Source: Auanema rhodensis (Eukaryota > Animalia > Nematoda). From it: a stretch of 64,000 bases of DNA. The position numbers were made by a program, and so were the translations under genes. This document shows positions 37,435 through 52,301 of the stretch, one piece after another. Position 1 is the stretch's first letter. Each line of letters opens with the position of its first letter. The DNA is taken from contig OZ059894.1 in NCBI GenBank assembly GCA_964057225.1, positions 9,920,001 through 9,984,000 of the forward strand, written 5' to 3'. The notes below the pieces were generated by a model. It had not been told where the DNA came from and searched no databases. It worked only from the letters and a program-made list of their open reading frames with translations.

Positions 37435-40211
37435 TCACAGCTGCTCTACCCGTTCGCTGTCGGAAAGTGGACTAGGACATTCCCTGAGATTCATATCGTC
37501 CGTTGCCAATGGAGTATATTCCTTGTTTCTGCAGAATAAAATATAGTAATATATGTATTATGTGTATGTTTATTCCGAATAAGTTGAAAATATTTTTGAT
37601 TTTTTAAGTTTTTGAATTGAAAAAAAAAGTTTAAATTACCTGATCTTATTGCTATTCTTTCTTTGCATAGGTATTTGAGAAAAATTGAAATTACTTGGAG
37701 TTGTAGCTCTTTTCATAACTAATCTGTAATACAAAGATGTTGTGAAGAAGAAGAAGCTTGAAGAAGAAGCTTGAAGAAGAAACATACGCATAAGCACGAG
37801 TTGGTAGTACAACTGTCCAGAATGTTTGACGATAACGAGATGACATCAAACAATATAAGATGAAATTAACAGATGAATTAAGTAAAGATAAAAGATCTAA
37901 AATATCTCCCAAATAGAAATAGAGGAACCTGCAATGATGACAATGTGTCTTGGATGTTATAACATATGAAGAAATGAATGAATATTAAATTGAAAAAAAA
38001 ATGAAAGAAAAGTAATATTACCTATGAACATCTGCTGTATAAATAGCACAAAGAATAGCTATTAAGCCCTGAGGCAATTCAGTGATGAGAAAAACTATTA
38101 ATATGACAACCAACATAACAGTCGTTCTATCAGTTTTATGTGTTTTCCTGCAAAATAAATAAATAAAAATACAATATGACTTTTCATAAATTAAAGAAAA
38201 GCTTCACAAAGCTACATCATCATCATCCACATCATCATTCTAATTTGATATTTTATAATTCGAGCGAAGCGAAATGACGTGAATTATGTAAAAGTGACGT
38301 GAGTACGTCAAAAGTCGCGTGAACTCAATTCATTCTTCATTTTTGCAGATCAAACAGAACGGTTTCATTCGGCATACTCTTGTCTTCATGTCATATTTCA
38401 AATTGTTTTAGAAACATACTTCTTTGCAGTTTTCATATCTGTTGTCATGTTACTTCCATTCGTAAGCTTTCGACGATGACGTTCAGCATCTCGAATCTTC
38501 ATAACAAGTCCAATAGATAGTAGCAATAATAGGAAACAAGGAACTATCTGAAGAATAGAAATAGTTTAGTGAAGTAGAGAGAGTGAAAATAAGATTTCTC
38601 AAACCTTAAATGCAATACCAATCATCCAAATATTCCATTTAAATACCCGACAATTATTTGCAACCGCACTTGAGCTTATCTAAAAACATATAGTTAAGAG
38701 CATAAGTTGGAAGCGTTCAGTTTGTGTTTTTCAACTTACCGCAAACGTATAAACAGTCTCTGTATAGTTTTCTGGATAGCCATGAAGACATTGTTCCGAT
38801 GGACGCCAGTCAGCATCACTTGGTAATTGGATAATTTCATGAACAAACATATTTGGACAGCATAAGATAAGCACAGCTACGTAGATGAATGAGCAGATCT
38901 TCCAAGCAAACTGTGGTCGTTGCCAGAAGCTGAACGAAGATGTTTTCAATTCAATCTTCTCTGTATATTCTTCTCTCTTTCTCTCTCAATTTCTCTTCTA
39001 ACTATGCATGTGATATGAAAGTATACGAAGCTGTTTCTTCCTATTTCTTCTTCTACAATCTTCTCAGATATCTTCTGCCTCATCTTCAGTCGCTTCTCCC
39101 CTCTTTAATCACGTTTCACACAGATATTACTCTACCTGTTAAGACGTGCAACACGTAATGTCATTCGTCGTAGAAAGGCCATAGCTACTGCTAGCCATAA
39201 TGAAGTTGTATGTAATGTTATACTGAGAACAACATGCCATAACAGGAATTGCATCCATCCATGTGTATAACGTGGAGCACTAAAATAGAAGAATTATTTC
39301 ATAAAAAACAATCACATCATCAATTGTTAAGTTTATTTCAAGTTGAAGCATGTAATCACCAACTTACCAGCTACTATCTTTGAATATAACGAAATGAATA
39401 ATGTAAATCAGATACGATATCATAGTGCCGATGTCACATACTGCTACGGCCGTCAGAATACAGTTGACTGCCGAATTTCGCATAGTGGGCCTGAAACAAA
39501 GAGAAGATGATGAAGCCGTTCCCACTTCCAGGAGTTTTACCTTGATAGCACAAGGACATGTACCAAGTTGGTAAGAATACCAAAGACACATAGTCCAACG
39601 CATATATAGCCGTGAATTGGTCCATAAAGACTAAAACAAAGATTATATTGTTTTCCGAAGTATTTCTTTTTGAATTTTGAAAATAAAGATTTCAGATCAG
39701 TTGCTACCTTATGATATGGGTGGTTGTGGTAGTTTTGGAAGGGAGGTGGGGGGATGAATCCCTTGATAGTTCAATGTTATCTTTTTAGTTTTTTGACAAA
39801 CAATCAAGAATCAAAAACCTTATTTAACTCATCTTGATCACAATAGAAATGTGTTCCATCGGGAAAAGCTGTGATGTTTTAGATTTACTTGATGTTATGT
39901 AATTTTTTTGTTTCAATTTCTTTTATTTTTTTCGCAAAAAAAAAAAGAAAATTTGAACATTCGATAAGTGTATACGGTAAGTAGAACTACTTCACATGGG
40001 TCATGTTTGGGTGGGGAAGAAAACATAAAAATAAAATATTTGAAAGATGGCAAATGATGGAAAATGATAAGATTTGAAGAACAAAAAACGGCAAAAGAAG
40101 TAGATAAGAAGCAATAACAAACCTGCGAAAATTGGAAAGTTTTTCAAGCAGTTGTATCGTAAGTGTATCGTTCAGATCGAAGAGAGGTCGATCTCGGGAA
40201 CAGTCCGACAT
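37435..40211 (-). CDS. Class A neuropeptide GPCR, DMSR (myosuppressin-receptor-related, FLP receptor) family; 11 coding exons, 427 aa
   Basis: Exons 40211-40123, 39630-39541, 39490-39368, 39279-39136, 38929-38740, 38679-38605, 38547-38420, 38147-38022, 37928-37788, 37723-37640 and 37528-37435 join in frame (1284 nt). Motifs: PIHGYICVGLCVFGILTN (TM1), MRNSAVNCILTAVAVCD (TM2), LHTTSLWLAVAMAFLRR (TM3), DRTTVML..FLITELPQG (TM6), DLLSLLNSSVNFILYCLMSSRYRQTF (TM7). I cannot assign the exact dmsr paralog. Confidence 0.93.
38271..38347. repeat. ACGT-cluster element: three degenerate 20-bp units (..AAAGTGACGTGA..)
   Basis: gaaatgacgtgaattatgta / aaagtgacgtgagtacgtca / aaagtcgcgtgaactcaatt within GPCR intron 7. 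Confidence 0.6.
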
Positions 40212-41638
40212 TACAGTTCCGCATCTCTTCTCATCACAATTTTCAGTCTCTAAGTAAGAAATGAATGAATTCAATGAAAATTATTTGAAAAAAAACGAAA
40301 ATATGTAAGAAGAAGTTGACGAAAAACGAATATAAACTATGCAAATCGATTACCATGCAAGATAAATGCGGGAGGACTGGAGGAATTTCAGGAAACATGA
40401 ATGAAGAAAGTAGAATATTTAAAATCTTAAAAGTAACTAATGAAGTTAAGTTCAAAGAAATCAAAACATGAAGCACATTCGGAGCGAAAAAAAGGAAAAA
40501 AAAAGATGAAAATGGAATGAAACTGTTAAACGTAAAAGTCGGCAAAAGAGGCAAAACTTGAGTGAAAACAAGGGCTGGATCTACAACTTTCAAAAAGTTG
40601 GAGAACTGCTTCTAACTGCTATCACATAGTTGCTGTTTAAACTTCTCTAACTATAGCTTCAGCTCTAGCTCTACCTTTGAGCATCAACTTGTGTCGACGA
40701 TGTAGAGCTGTTTGAGCAAGCATGATAAGAATTTTCATTTATTCTCGTAATAAAAAAAACGTTCAAAGACATGTTCATATACATATTCAAACAAGTAATT
40801 ATGGTTGTCTCAAGCAGATGACAATCATTTCATAGCTGAGGCTCTACATGATCTCTGGACGAAAGTGATAGAAGGAACGAATGAACGAACAACGAGGACG
40901 ACGATACCGACGACGACGACGACGTTGCTGAAGATGCAGACGTCGCGAAAAGAAAGAAAGAAGAAGTTAGATGAATAGAGGTAGATAAGGAAAATGCTGA
41001 AGAAGCATAGTATTGGTAGCAATAGTAGTAGTAGTAGTAGTAGTAGTAGACACACACGTACATACATAGGATACATGTGTACAGCAGCATGTATGCGATG
41101 TGTGCAAAAGCCTTCTGAGTCTCATATGCCCTCGACCACTCACTTATTTACTTCAATTGGTCAAAAATGTAAAGGAAGTTACATACATATTAAATAAGAA
41201 TTTAAATTAAATAAAAATTAAAATATATTTGTGTCAAATGATTATTAATTAAAAATCTATCTATCTATATATCACGTGAGAAGGCAAACATTTTTTTGAA
41301 TGAATGAATGAAAGAAAAAAAGAAAATTAAAATGTTCTTTATGAATTACGTTGGTCAAGTTTCAAATATTTAATTTAAACTAAGTCATATGCTGCAAGAA
41401 GATGGAATATCAGATCAAAAAAAATTTTAAGAAAATTCACTAAGCATTAGTGGAACTCAGCAGCGTTCGGAAATCCAGTTTTTTTTACAAAAAAAAAGAA
41501 AATGTTACCAAAAAAACAATTGGAAACCTATTTCTGACAAAGGAAAAACATTTGTTTTCTGCAAAAAAAAATATAAATATCTACAGGATAAAGCATATGG
41601 TTTAGGTACGGAAAAAAAGAAAAAGGATGGAAATTGGT

Positions 41639-41675
<37 letters not shown>

Positions 41676-44003
41676 TTCTGTTACTGAATCTTCTTGTCTC
41701 ACCTCTAGTTGTACTTCATCTCATGAGCTAAGTAGAAAGTTTGAACAGAAGTCTAATGAGTTAAGGAAACATGATTGGATGAAGTGATTGAAATATAGGA
41801 ACTGAGATGTAAAAGGAAGGAAGTTTAAAGAACGGACGACGATGAAAAGGATGAGGAGGTGGATGGTGGTAGTGGTGGGGGACAGACAAAAATAGTGTTT
41901 TCATAGAGATTAATAGACAACGAATTACTCGTTATTTCATTTGGATAATGAAAAGTTATTTTAGTTTCAGTATTTTCATCCGAACATTGACCAAAACAAC
42001 ACAATTTGACTTCAAAAAATGGGTTGAAACGAAGAGAAGACAAAGACAACAAAACGATAGACTTGAGGTAGAGAATAGAGTGGAAGTGGATGGTAAAAAT
42101 AGGAAAATGAAGGGAAATAGTTGAAGATGATGATGATGAAGTTGATAAAAAAGTTTTTTTATCAAAAAAAGATGTCAAACTTGAATGGGACGAAATGGAA
42201 CACGTGTGTATGTGTGCTGTAGAGGAGGCATGAGACAGCGACAAAGTTTGGCAGAGATTGAAGAAAAGCGAATCATCAGATCTAGCTCGAAAGATCGTGA
42301 TTCAATCCGAAAGAGCTCTCTTTCAAACACATGTTTTCCCATGACCAGATTCGTTCAAGATGATGTCGTCTATGAAAAGAATAATACAGAAACGACGTTA
42401 AGAAGAATAAGACTATTCTTCGAGAAGGCTTCAACGATGATGATGATGATGATGATGATGGTGGCGCGCAGCCACCGCCGAAGACGACGACAACGAAACT
42501 GATTTGAACAAGAAGACCACGACGATGACAACGATCAAAGAGACGACTTGGAGCATTGGGGGGAACAACACAACGACGTGATGGTTGATGGCTGAATAGG
42601 ATTAAGAAGAAGAAGAAAAGGAAGCCAAAAACTCCTTCAAAATTCTTCTTTGAAGAAGATGCTGCCTGGTGTCACATCTAAAGTTCAGAAGAATCCAATA
42701 AGGCTTGAGATAATAAATTGAACTTTGGCCTACAAACCGGACCCGCATAATCAAAAAAAATTTATATCTGAGGCCCGGAATGGCAAAGCACGTGTTTGAG
42801 GTTGATTCGTTGAGATCAATAGAAATTATGAAGTAGAGTGGAGGAATAGTTTTGAAACAACAAAAGTTTCAAGAATAATAGAAAGAGCTAGAGAGAGAGA
42901 GAGAGAGAGTGAGAGAGAGAGTAAGAGAGAGAAAGAGAGAGAGAGAGCAATGTTGAAGAGCTGTTGCTACTGCCGTTGATGTTCCTCCTCATCATCATCG
43001 TCATCATCACCCTCATCATCACCATCTTATTCATCTCTCATTCTCATTCACTCTCGATATTCAGCCGTATTTCGTTGTATCTTCATAGTTCTTAAATAGG
43101 AAAAAAGAAAAAAAGAAAAAGAAGAAGCAATGTGATAAACAAAATAATTATTTGTTAGTTACCAAATGAATTTTAAGAGAGCCGTTGGAGTAAGTGTGTA
43201 ATAGAAAAAGCAAAAGAAAGATGAGAAATATAAGGAAATATGAGGAAAAACATCTAGGTTTTAATGAAATTCAAAGTAAATGATCAAAATTAAATGATAT
43301 TAATACGTATAAACATCATTCAAATGTTTCAATTTAGCTCATTTTTGGAGAAAGAAGAGGAAACAGCATCATAATCAGCTTGGAAGCAGCAGCAGCAGCA
43401 TCAGCAGCAGCAGTAGAAACAGCAACATCAACAGCATATGATGATTGAGAAGATGGAACAAGAAGAAACTGGAGATATTCTGACTTTGTCTTCTCAATTA
43501 CAGAGAAATGATTCAGAAATGACATGATTTGACAAGTAGTCATTGACTATATAAAGGTTTTCAGTGAAAAAACGTCGGAAAAGACGGAAAACATATCCGA
43601 TTTAGTGCTCATAACCTAAACTTTGGAGTTAAAGTGGCCTATCTAAGATGATTTCGTCAATGTCTCTAAACCTAACCAACCTAGAACTTAGATGTACAAG
43701 CGTAATCAGGAGAGAAGGAAGCAAAATAAAAGAAAAACATCATACATAATACAAGAATTGATATGGAAGAGGAAATGGGAAGAAGAAGAGGTTTGAAGTA
43801 AGATGATAGAAAACGAATGAGGAACTGAACCAGCATTTAACTAAATTTGATGTCTAATTGAGTAGGTGTAGATAGAAAAAGAGGATTTTTCATCTAATCT
43901 CTTCGTTATTGTGCTGCTCATCAAGCTTTCATCTTCTTACTCCTCTGTTCCTCCTCTCTCCTTTGCCTCCCCCTTCTCTCTCTCTCTCTCTCTCTCTCTC
44001 CCC

Positions 44004-44034
<31 letters not shown>

Positions 44035-44294
44035 CCTCTCTTTGTTTAAATCGTAAACGTGTTTCGAATGTTCGACCATGTATTCCATTGGGTCATATCA
44101 TGATCGCGAATTAATTTCCTGTTAAGGCCGAAAAAAATTCAAAAAAAAATCTGCAAAAGTTGATGATTGATGAATATGGCAGAGAATCTAATAATTATTT
44201 GGTAAAAATAAGAAAATATATGAAAAAAGATAAGATATTGATATCAACACACTCATATGTATCACCAATTTTTGTTGCTCAAACAAAAAAAACC

Positions 44295-44344
<50 letters not shown>

Positions 44345-45468
44345 TCTGTATGATGAAGATATAAAAGATTTGTTTATCCTTGAAAGTAGATAAGATGTAG
44401 CATTTTCCAAAAAGAAAAAATCTCCTTTCCACAGTTCATTCAGATAAAAGAGAAACGAAGAAAAAGTCATCAAAATAAGCAAAAAAAGGCAATATGTTAT
44501 CTTTTTCCTTGGATATAATTCATTGCTTCTTAACTATTCTCAACTATTCCGACATTCTTTGATGTTTCAAAGGAAACATTTTAGGAAAAGGCAAGTATTT
44601 GAGAGAAAGTTAAAAGATTTTAAGAAGATTTTCTCTTTTATTTCATCTTTAATTCGAAATATTATGAGAAGATAAAATGTTTTTACAAGTTGTAGTTGTA
44701 TAAAGAAGTTGCATGCTAACTATGCCCAACTATGCGTAAACTTGCAAACATCACATAGTTTATATAATTTATACTTTAGACTCTATAATAAAGCAAAAAT
44801 TAAGTTTTAGAGCTCAAGCTTAACAAGTTGTATCAACTACTGAGGTCAAGAAGCTCTCATTGCTAAGAATACATAATAGAAATTATTAAGATGTTATCGA
44901 AGAAAAGAGAAGAGAGATGGAGAAGTTTTATTCAAAACAAGGAGTAAATGGATGATAAAGTAAACAAATAAACAAAAGAAATGTTTAAAAACAAGTTGGA
45001 AGTTAGAAAAAGGTTGGAAGTTAAAGCTTAAATGAGCTATTAATGAGTTGCTGAGTTCGAAAGAGCAAGATAGATCAAAGCCTATGCCTATATAGAGATT
45101 CGATTTGCTGAATATTTTCAGAGACAAAGAGAGAAAAAAAGGAAAAAGTTAGAGAATTTGTCTTCAGCTGGTTGTACTTGTGCTCTGAAAACGATCACCC
45201 GGAAAGAGATGAGAAAGAACATGAAAAGCTGTGAGAGGATTGAGGAGATTGAAAGACTGAAAAAGGCTGGAATGATGAAAGAGAGAGTGAAGAATCTGGA
45301 TGGAGGAAGAGAAAACAAAATGATAAACGTCAACGACGACTTGAATAGAGAAACGATTCATAGAATTGACTATGTGAGAGACGTCTTCTTAGCAGATAGA
45401 GTGTCAAGGAAGAATGGACTGAGAAGGAGAGGGAAAAAGAATTAGAGAGAGAGAGCGCGAGAGAGAGA

Positions 45469-45503
<35 letters not shown>

Positions 45504-47955
45504 AGAGTGTGAAATAAAAGGCTAAAGACAGAACATTGACATAACACATAAAGAACAGTTAGAGAAGCGGATTCTCGGTCATGCTAACTGCCGGTTTGTG
45601 CTTGTCGTGTGTCATCCGGGCCATAAGGGACTTACAAGAGCGGCTAAAAACGGCTGGCTCGAGAATATATTGGTTGTGAAATCTGTGGCAAAACAATCAT
45701 ATAACTGCGTATGCTTCTGAATCTAACACTAGGATGGAGACCCAGAGATATTGGACGAAAACGAAGTTGTAAGTTGAACATGCTCAGAGAAGGAAGAGCA
45801 TAAGCTGATTTCCTCAAAAAATTTCCAGAAGATGGCAATCAGAAACTGTTGATGACGTGAGAATGGCAAACGCAGAAAATTGAAATTGACCGACCTCCGT
45901 ACCTTGTTGTCATCATTGCAAAGTGCTTGAATTTGCCTGGATTGCAGATAGTAGAAGGACTGCATCTGACATTGGTAGTGTCGCCACCGAACCACACTAC
46001 GAGAGATGAGTGGTTCATGTATGTCTAAGTCCAAATATGTAGATAAGTTAGGCAATGTATCTATGGATATGTGTCAGGGAGCATGAAACCAGCATCAAAT
46101 GATTTCATGAAATTACAAGAATGCAACATCTTTCCGAGTAGGATTTTCTGAGGAAAAAATCTTAGAGATTAAGATTAGAAGATGTAAACTTCGATGATGT
46201 ATCGTGATCCGTCCCTTCGCTGTTCACTCTCTCTCTCTCTATCTATCTATCATACTTCCCTCTCTCTCTCTCTCTCTCATCCCATCTCATTCCCTTCTAA
46301 CTCCCACATTTCCTTTTTTGAGGACTATTCCATTGAAAACGAATAGTATCAGGACTATCCATAACATATTCGTAACTGAAATTAATGTTTTTTTGACGGA
46401 TTAGCTTTCAAAATCGTACGAATTGTGAAAAAAAAACGAAATAGAAAATCGGATGTTTACAAAGAACTTTAGTAGAGCATGTACACAGAGATACACAGAA
46501 CCCAGGCACACAATAAATGATTTTTGTATTAAAAATTGGCTTAAAATCTCATTGTATGTGTTGAAATTAAGAAAGAAAAAGCATATAAATTCATAATATA
46601 TTCGCATACAAAGAGAGAGAAAGAGAGAGAGAGGGGGGGGGGAGAGGGAGAGAGAGAGAAAGACAGTCCCAAAACTCATAAACAATTTTTCATATAAAAA
46701 GGTATTAAACATCACAAATTAGTAATTGTTTTTTTCAAAAAAACTATATAAATATATATATTTATAGCTAACAAACATAACTATATTCAGAATTTTCTAG
46801 CTGCTTAATGGTATCAAAGTTTTCTGCACGAGAGAGAGAGAGCGAGAGCGAAAGAGAGAAAAAGAGAGAAAGAGAGAACTCTTATAGGACGAAGAAGAAG
46901 AAGTAGAAGAGGAATGATGACGATCATCATGATGATGAGGAAAAATGTTCAAAGGAAGTTTTTAAAAATTGTTTTAGTACATTCGAAAAGCGGAACTAGT
47001 TTGAGAGAATGAGTATAAATGATTATTCATACATTCTATTAAATACAAATATAAATAATTAATATGAATAAAAATAAATAAATAGGTATATTGACATATT
47101 GAAAAGAATTCATTGAAACTTTTAAATTTCATTAAAAGTTAAAAGTTATATGAAAATGTCTATATCAAGTTAGATAGAAGCTAGATGTCATAGATGTCAT
47201 AGATTGATTTTTCTATTTATATACATATAGTTAGTAAATTAGTTAGATATACAAACATATAATGAATAAGAAGTGATGTCAAGAAAAAATGATAATGATG
47301 ATGATGATGATGATGATGATGTGAGAATATAGGAGGAGGTTGAACGATGTAAAACCTGGCTGAACAGAGTTAGAAGCTTGAACGTCAACATCATCATCAT
47401 CATCTTCATCATCATCGTCGTCATAATCATCATGATACTAAAGACTTTAAGAGATCTAGCAACACACTCTTCTCTCTCTCTCTATCTCTCTATCTCTCTA
47501 CCTCTCTACCTCTCTCTCTATTTCTCTTTCTATTCATTTACAAGAGATAAAGGTAACGATAATCTTCAATAACATAAATGTTTCAGTACAAGTACTTTCT
47601 AAGATAGATTGAGATAAGAAGCAGAGGAAATAAAATCAGAAATTTGAAAAAGAATTTCCGAACATTACGTGATCAACGAAATCTATAAAGTTGTTTCTTT
47701 GATCTTAGCATGTGATGTGATCATTACATTGCTTACTGTTCATCATGCTATTCAAGTTTATGCTGTATGCTCAAGTTGATACTAATGCTGCTTTAAAGAA
47801 AACTTGAATAAAGAATGAATATTTCAAAGATTCGTATGATTCATAATTTTCACGATTAAATGATCTAATAAACTTAATGAGCGTAAAAAGACAATACAAT
47901 GATGACGAAGGTATTGTTGACTTGGCTTATACATGTTAAGATCAAATGAGCTTTC

Positions 47956-47986
<31 letters not shown>

Positions 47987-48964
47987 CTTGGTTCCTCATG
48001 AAATACGGGGAAAAATGTAATTTTCTTAGAATATTTCCTCGAAAAACAGATAGATACTATAACTATTTTGTAAAACAATGAATGATCAATGGTTAATGTG
48101 GAAAAGAAAACGAATCTGTAAGATGATTCATGATGTTTTTACTGCTTTTAGGCTGAGCAGGGTATGAGGATTTGTACAATGTGCTTGAGCAGCTTAAAGT
48201 TCTTGTGTCTTCCACGTGAAAGCAATAATTACATGTTTTGACATAAAATATGAGGAGCTTAATTGACAAAAACTTGAATAGTTGAAATATTTGAAATGTA
48301 GATTTTTAAAGAAATAAAAAAAATATTTAATTATATTATTATAAATATATAAATATAATTTAATATATTTATATATAAATACCTTTTTATATATAAAACT
48401 CATGCAAATGGCCATCAGAATGAATTGATGCAAAATTGAAGAAGAAAAACGGCGACAACGATGACGACGACAACGGCGAATATGACAAGATGGTCTGCTG
48501 GAAAATGGGCGAAAAGAATAAGGACGAAGAGGAAATTGAAGAAAATAGTCCAAAGATCCAGGAAATTCAAAAAAATGCTCATTTGAAGCTGATGAAACAT
48601 GGTACGTACAGCTATTCATCTATACTATACTAGTATTATATTTAGCCATCTGTATACTTCGTGAGAAAAGAGATTTGAAATCAAAAAATATGAATATTGC
48701 TTTAGGTCATTGGAGACATACTGTCATGTAGGCGTTCAATCAAACATACTTCCGGAGGAGCTATAGAATATGTGACCAAATGAAACAAGTTGTTGCAAAG
48801 TTTGAAATAGAAGAAACTTGGATAATGCTGTTGAAAAAGGCTGTTGCTGTTGCACATACATGTGCCATATCCTTGATATTGTATATCTATAAAGAAAAAT
48901 GTCTAGTATATTATAAGATAATAGATATATAAATATATTATTTTAATAACGAAGACGACAATGA

Positions 48965-48970
<6 letters not shown>

Positions 48971-49049
<79 letters not shown>
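48971..49049 (+). repeat. (GA)n microsatellite
   Basis: Direct reading. Confidence 0.95.
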
Positions 49050-49055
<6 letters not shown>

Positions 49056-49480
49056 TAGTGGGCAAGTAGTATTTGATGATGTGAAATGATGCATGAAAAG
49101 GTTATTCTGAAATCAAACTAGTCAAGTAAAATAATATGAGAAGGCTTTCAACATCTTTATACACCAACTCCTTCTTCTCAATTTTTCCCTCAAATTTCAC
49201 TCTCTAGTTCTTTTAATATTCACATTGTGTTCCCATTATATCTTAAATAGTATAGAAAACTTAAAATTGTTGGTCATAATACTGAGATGAGAAAAAGGAG
49301 AAAGGAAATGCTTATAGAACATTGATGTTCGAGCTCATATACACATGTAGTATATGCTGCTTAACTGACCAATCAAACACGAGGAACAAGTAATTTAGGA
49401 AAACTTTTTGTTATAAATAGATTCAGAAGAAAGTTTGAGAGTTGTGAAGAGTTAAGAGCAGCAGTACAAGAAGATGAATA

Positions 49481-49606
<126 letters not shown>

Positions 49607-52225
49607 AGAGAGACAGTCTTAGAAGCAGTTCTACGGAACAGTGCCTAACCAATTGACTTATTCATGATGATACGTAAAGCATTCAAAATGTTTTGTTGAA
49701 AAAAGCGGATTGAAGATGATGAGGCGACAACGAAAAGGAGTAGCTTCAAAATGCAGTAAGAGAAACAGAATAAGGCTCAAAGGCTGCAGCAAAAAGAGAG
49801 AGAGAGAGAGAGAGAGAGAAATATGACAAACATGTGTTAAGAATGGAGTCGGATGTGTCGGATAAGGATTTGTTCTGAAGAAAAATGACTGAATTAGCCA
49901 AGGAAATGAATGTATGTTTGGTTGTAATATAAGAATATGAAATCTACTTCCGTTCAATAACTTTACTTCAGCCGGTAGCATGTAAGTCTGAGATTTTTTT
50001 CAAATCATATGTATGTTTCAACTTCCTTATATGCATGTATATCCTTCCGTCCGTCCGTCCGTCCGTCCATCCTTCCGACAGCAACAACGACGACAACGAT
50101 GATCCATTCTATTCAGTTTCTTCAGAAAAAATTTTCTTTTTTTTTCAAACAAATACATTACAATCAAGAAATATCTTAGTCGATAACACACAACCACACA
50201 CAGAGAGACATCTCTAGATACATGGCTATAGATACACAAAATTCTAAAATATGTTTTGTGTTCAAAAGAATTTTTGAATAGAATAGAAATAGATAGACGC
50301 AGAAGGGTCCACCGAGGATGATTAGATTGGCACAAAGCCTCGACTGGACTTGGACCAAGCCATGTCATAACCAGATTTATCAGTTTCATTCGTTCAATGA
50401 AAACGAGGAAGAACAGAACAAAAACTACAGGCTGGATAGAAGGAGAAGAAGAAGAAGAAGAAGAAGGCTGCTGCATGACGATGAAGCAGAAGCAGAAAGT
50501 AGTTGGTTTGCTGCAACTTTTGCAACTTTGAACTAACTTTAACTAACAGTATAGATAGATACACATAATTCATAAAGTATAAGTATAGGACTTCAACAAG
50601 ATTATCAATGTTGTTTTGTCTGTTTTCTTATGTTTTGATTAGATTTCTCAAGAAAAACATATGTTTGATCTCTCTTATCTCTACAACTTTAAGCTTAAAA
50701 TAGCATTATTTCTATAATTCTTAAAAAGTTTTCAGATTATGGCTTGATGGTCTATTCATTTATCTTTAATACAATTTTTGTTATCTTCTACAAATGTCTG
50801 TTTTATTGAAAAATATTGATTTTAGATCGAAATTTTAAGCTTTAATCTCATAAATGCTTAATTTCGATAATATGTTATAGCAGAAGGAGAAAAAAAAAGG
50901 AAATTAAGGGCTGATAACAGCATGTTTATGAGCATAACTATAAGCATAGAGAAGGAGGAATAACAGAAGACGAAGCGAGTCACGAGAAACAGAAGTGAAG
51001 GATATCAAGTAGGCGCGACCTATAACTTCGGAGAAGAAACTTGAAATATCCTCCCTAAGGACATGTACATGGGAAGAAAGTAACAACTCTATTGTGGGTC
51101 AAAGGATAACACTAGTTGTGACAAGTATTTTTCCATATTAATTCATTCAAGTTGTTTCACATAAAAGAGCAAAAAGGAGAAGATGAAGACGTAAAAACAA
51201 GAAATTGAAGAAGATGAAGTAGAAGCCAATGAAGACCGCAAATGGAGAGAGTACAACAACAACTAGCGCAAAGCTTAGGTGATTTCGACTATTTAATTAT
51301 GTAATCAGGCTTATTCACTCAATTTTGGATTCTTCTCTCCAAATCCTATCAGATTACGAAAAGCTTTTAGCATTCTCAAAGTTCTTAACATCAGGCTGAG
51401 TGGGATAACAAGCACAAGACAGGGTCAATTAAAACAAAAAATTGCAAGAAAGTTAGGATTATAAAGAGAAACAAGAAGAAAGAGAGGTAGGAGAAGGAGA
51501 TATAATTGCGACATTGAGGTAAAACGATGATGATGACGACGACGACATGGAGTAGGAGGAGGAGGAGGAGGAAGAGGAGGAGCGCTGATGTTGACATCGT
51601 CATTTACCTGAATGTTGTTGAGTATTGTGATAGGTGAAAAAGCAGAAAGGTGTTTCTGGAATGGTATTGTCATCACAACATCGATGCTTTCCTCTTTTTC
51701 TCCTGTTGCTACTAGTGGTGCTAGATGGAATTGTCCCTCTGTTTCTACTCTCATCACCCCATGCTTGCTATGTCCTGATACTTCTCAATTAGAACCGGAA
51801 TATATTGGTGAATGCAACAACCTTCTTTGGACATTTTTGTGATAAATTAAGTTCGAATAGAACAATCATGTTAGAAATTTAGATTTAGAGGGTTCATCAT
51901 CTTAAAGATCAAAAAACTCCTTTTTTTTCAGATGAATGTAGACGATGGGAAGAGGAATTAAGCACCTGAAGATGAGAGATGAGGTAAACGAGATGAGCAC
52001 ACAAGCCAGCAGGATTAGCAGTCCTGATTGAAATAGGAGGCGGCAGACGAATTTTTTTGGTGGTAAAACAAAAAATATAGAACATAGTAAAGAGAAAAGC
52101 ACTTAATTAAAAACAAAGAGGATGAAGAGGTAGTCATGCACTTTTCAGGAGTGAAATTCCTTTGGGAAACAGTGTCGTCAAAGGATCGGGAGAAAAGAAG
52201 CAGACGTTGCAAAGGAAATTGGGAT

Positions 52226-52301
<76 letters not shown>

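Noticed and set aside
46047-46054. TTAGGC nematode telomere unit as a possible chromosome-breakage or telomere-addition site
   Set aside because: Single isolated hexamer; no array anywhere in the window
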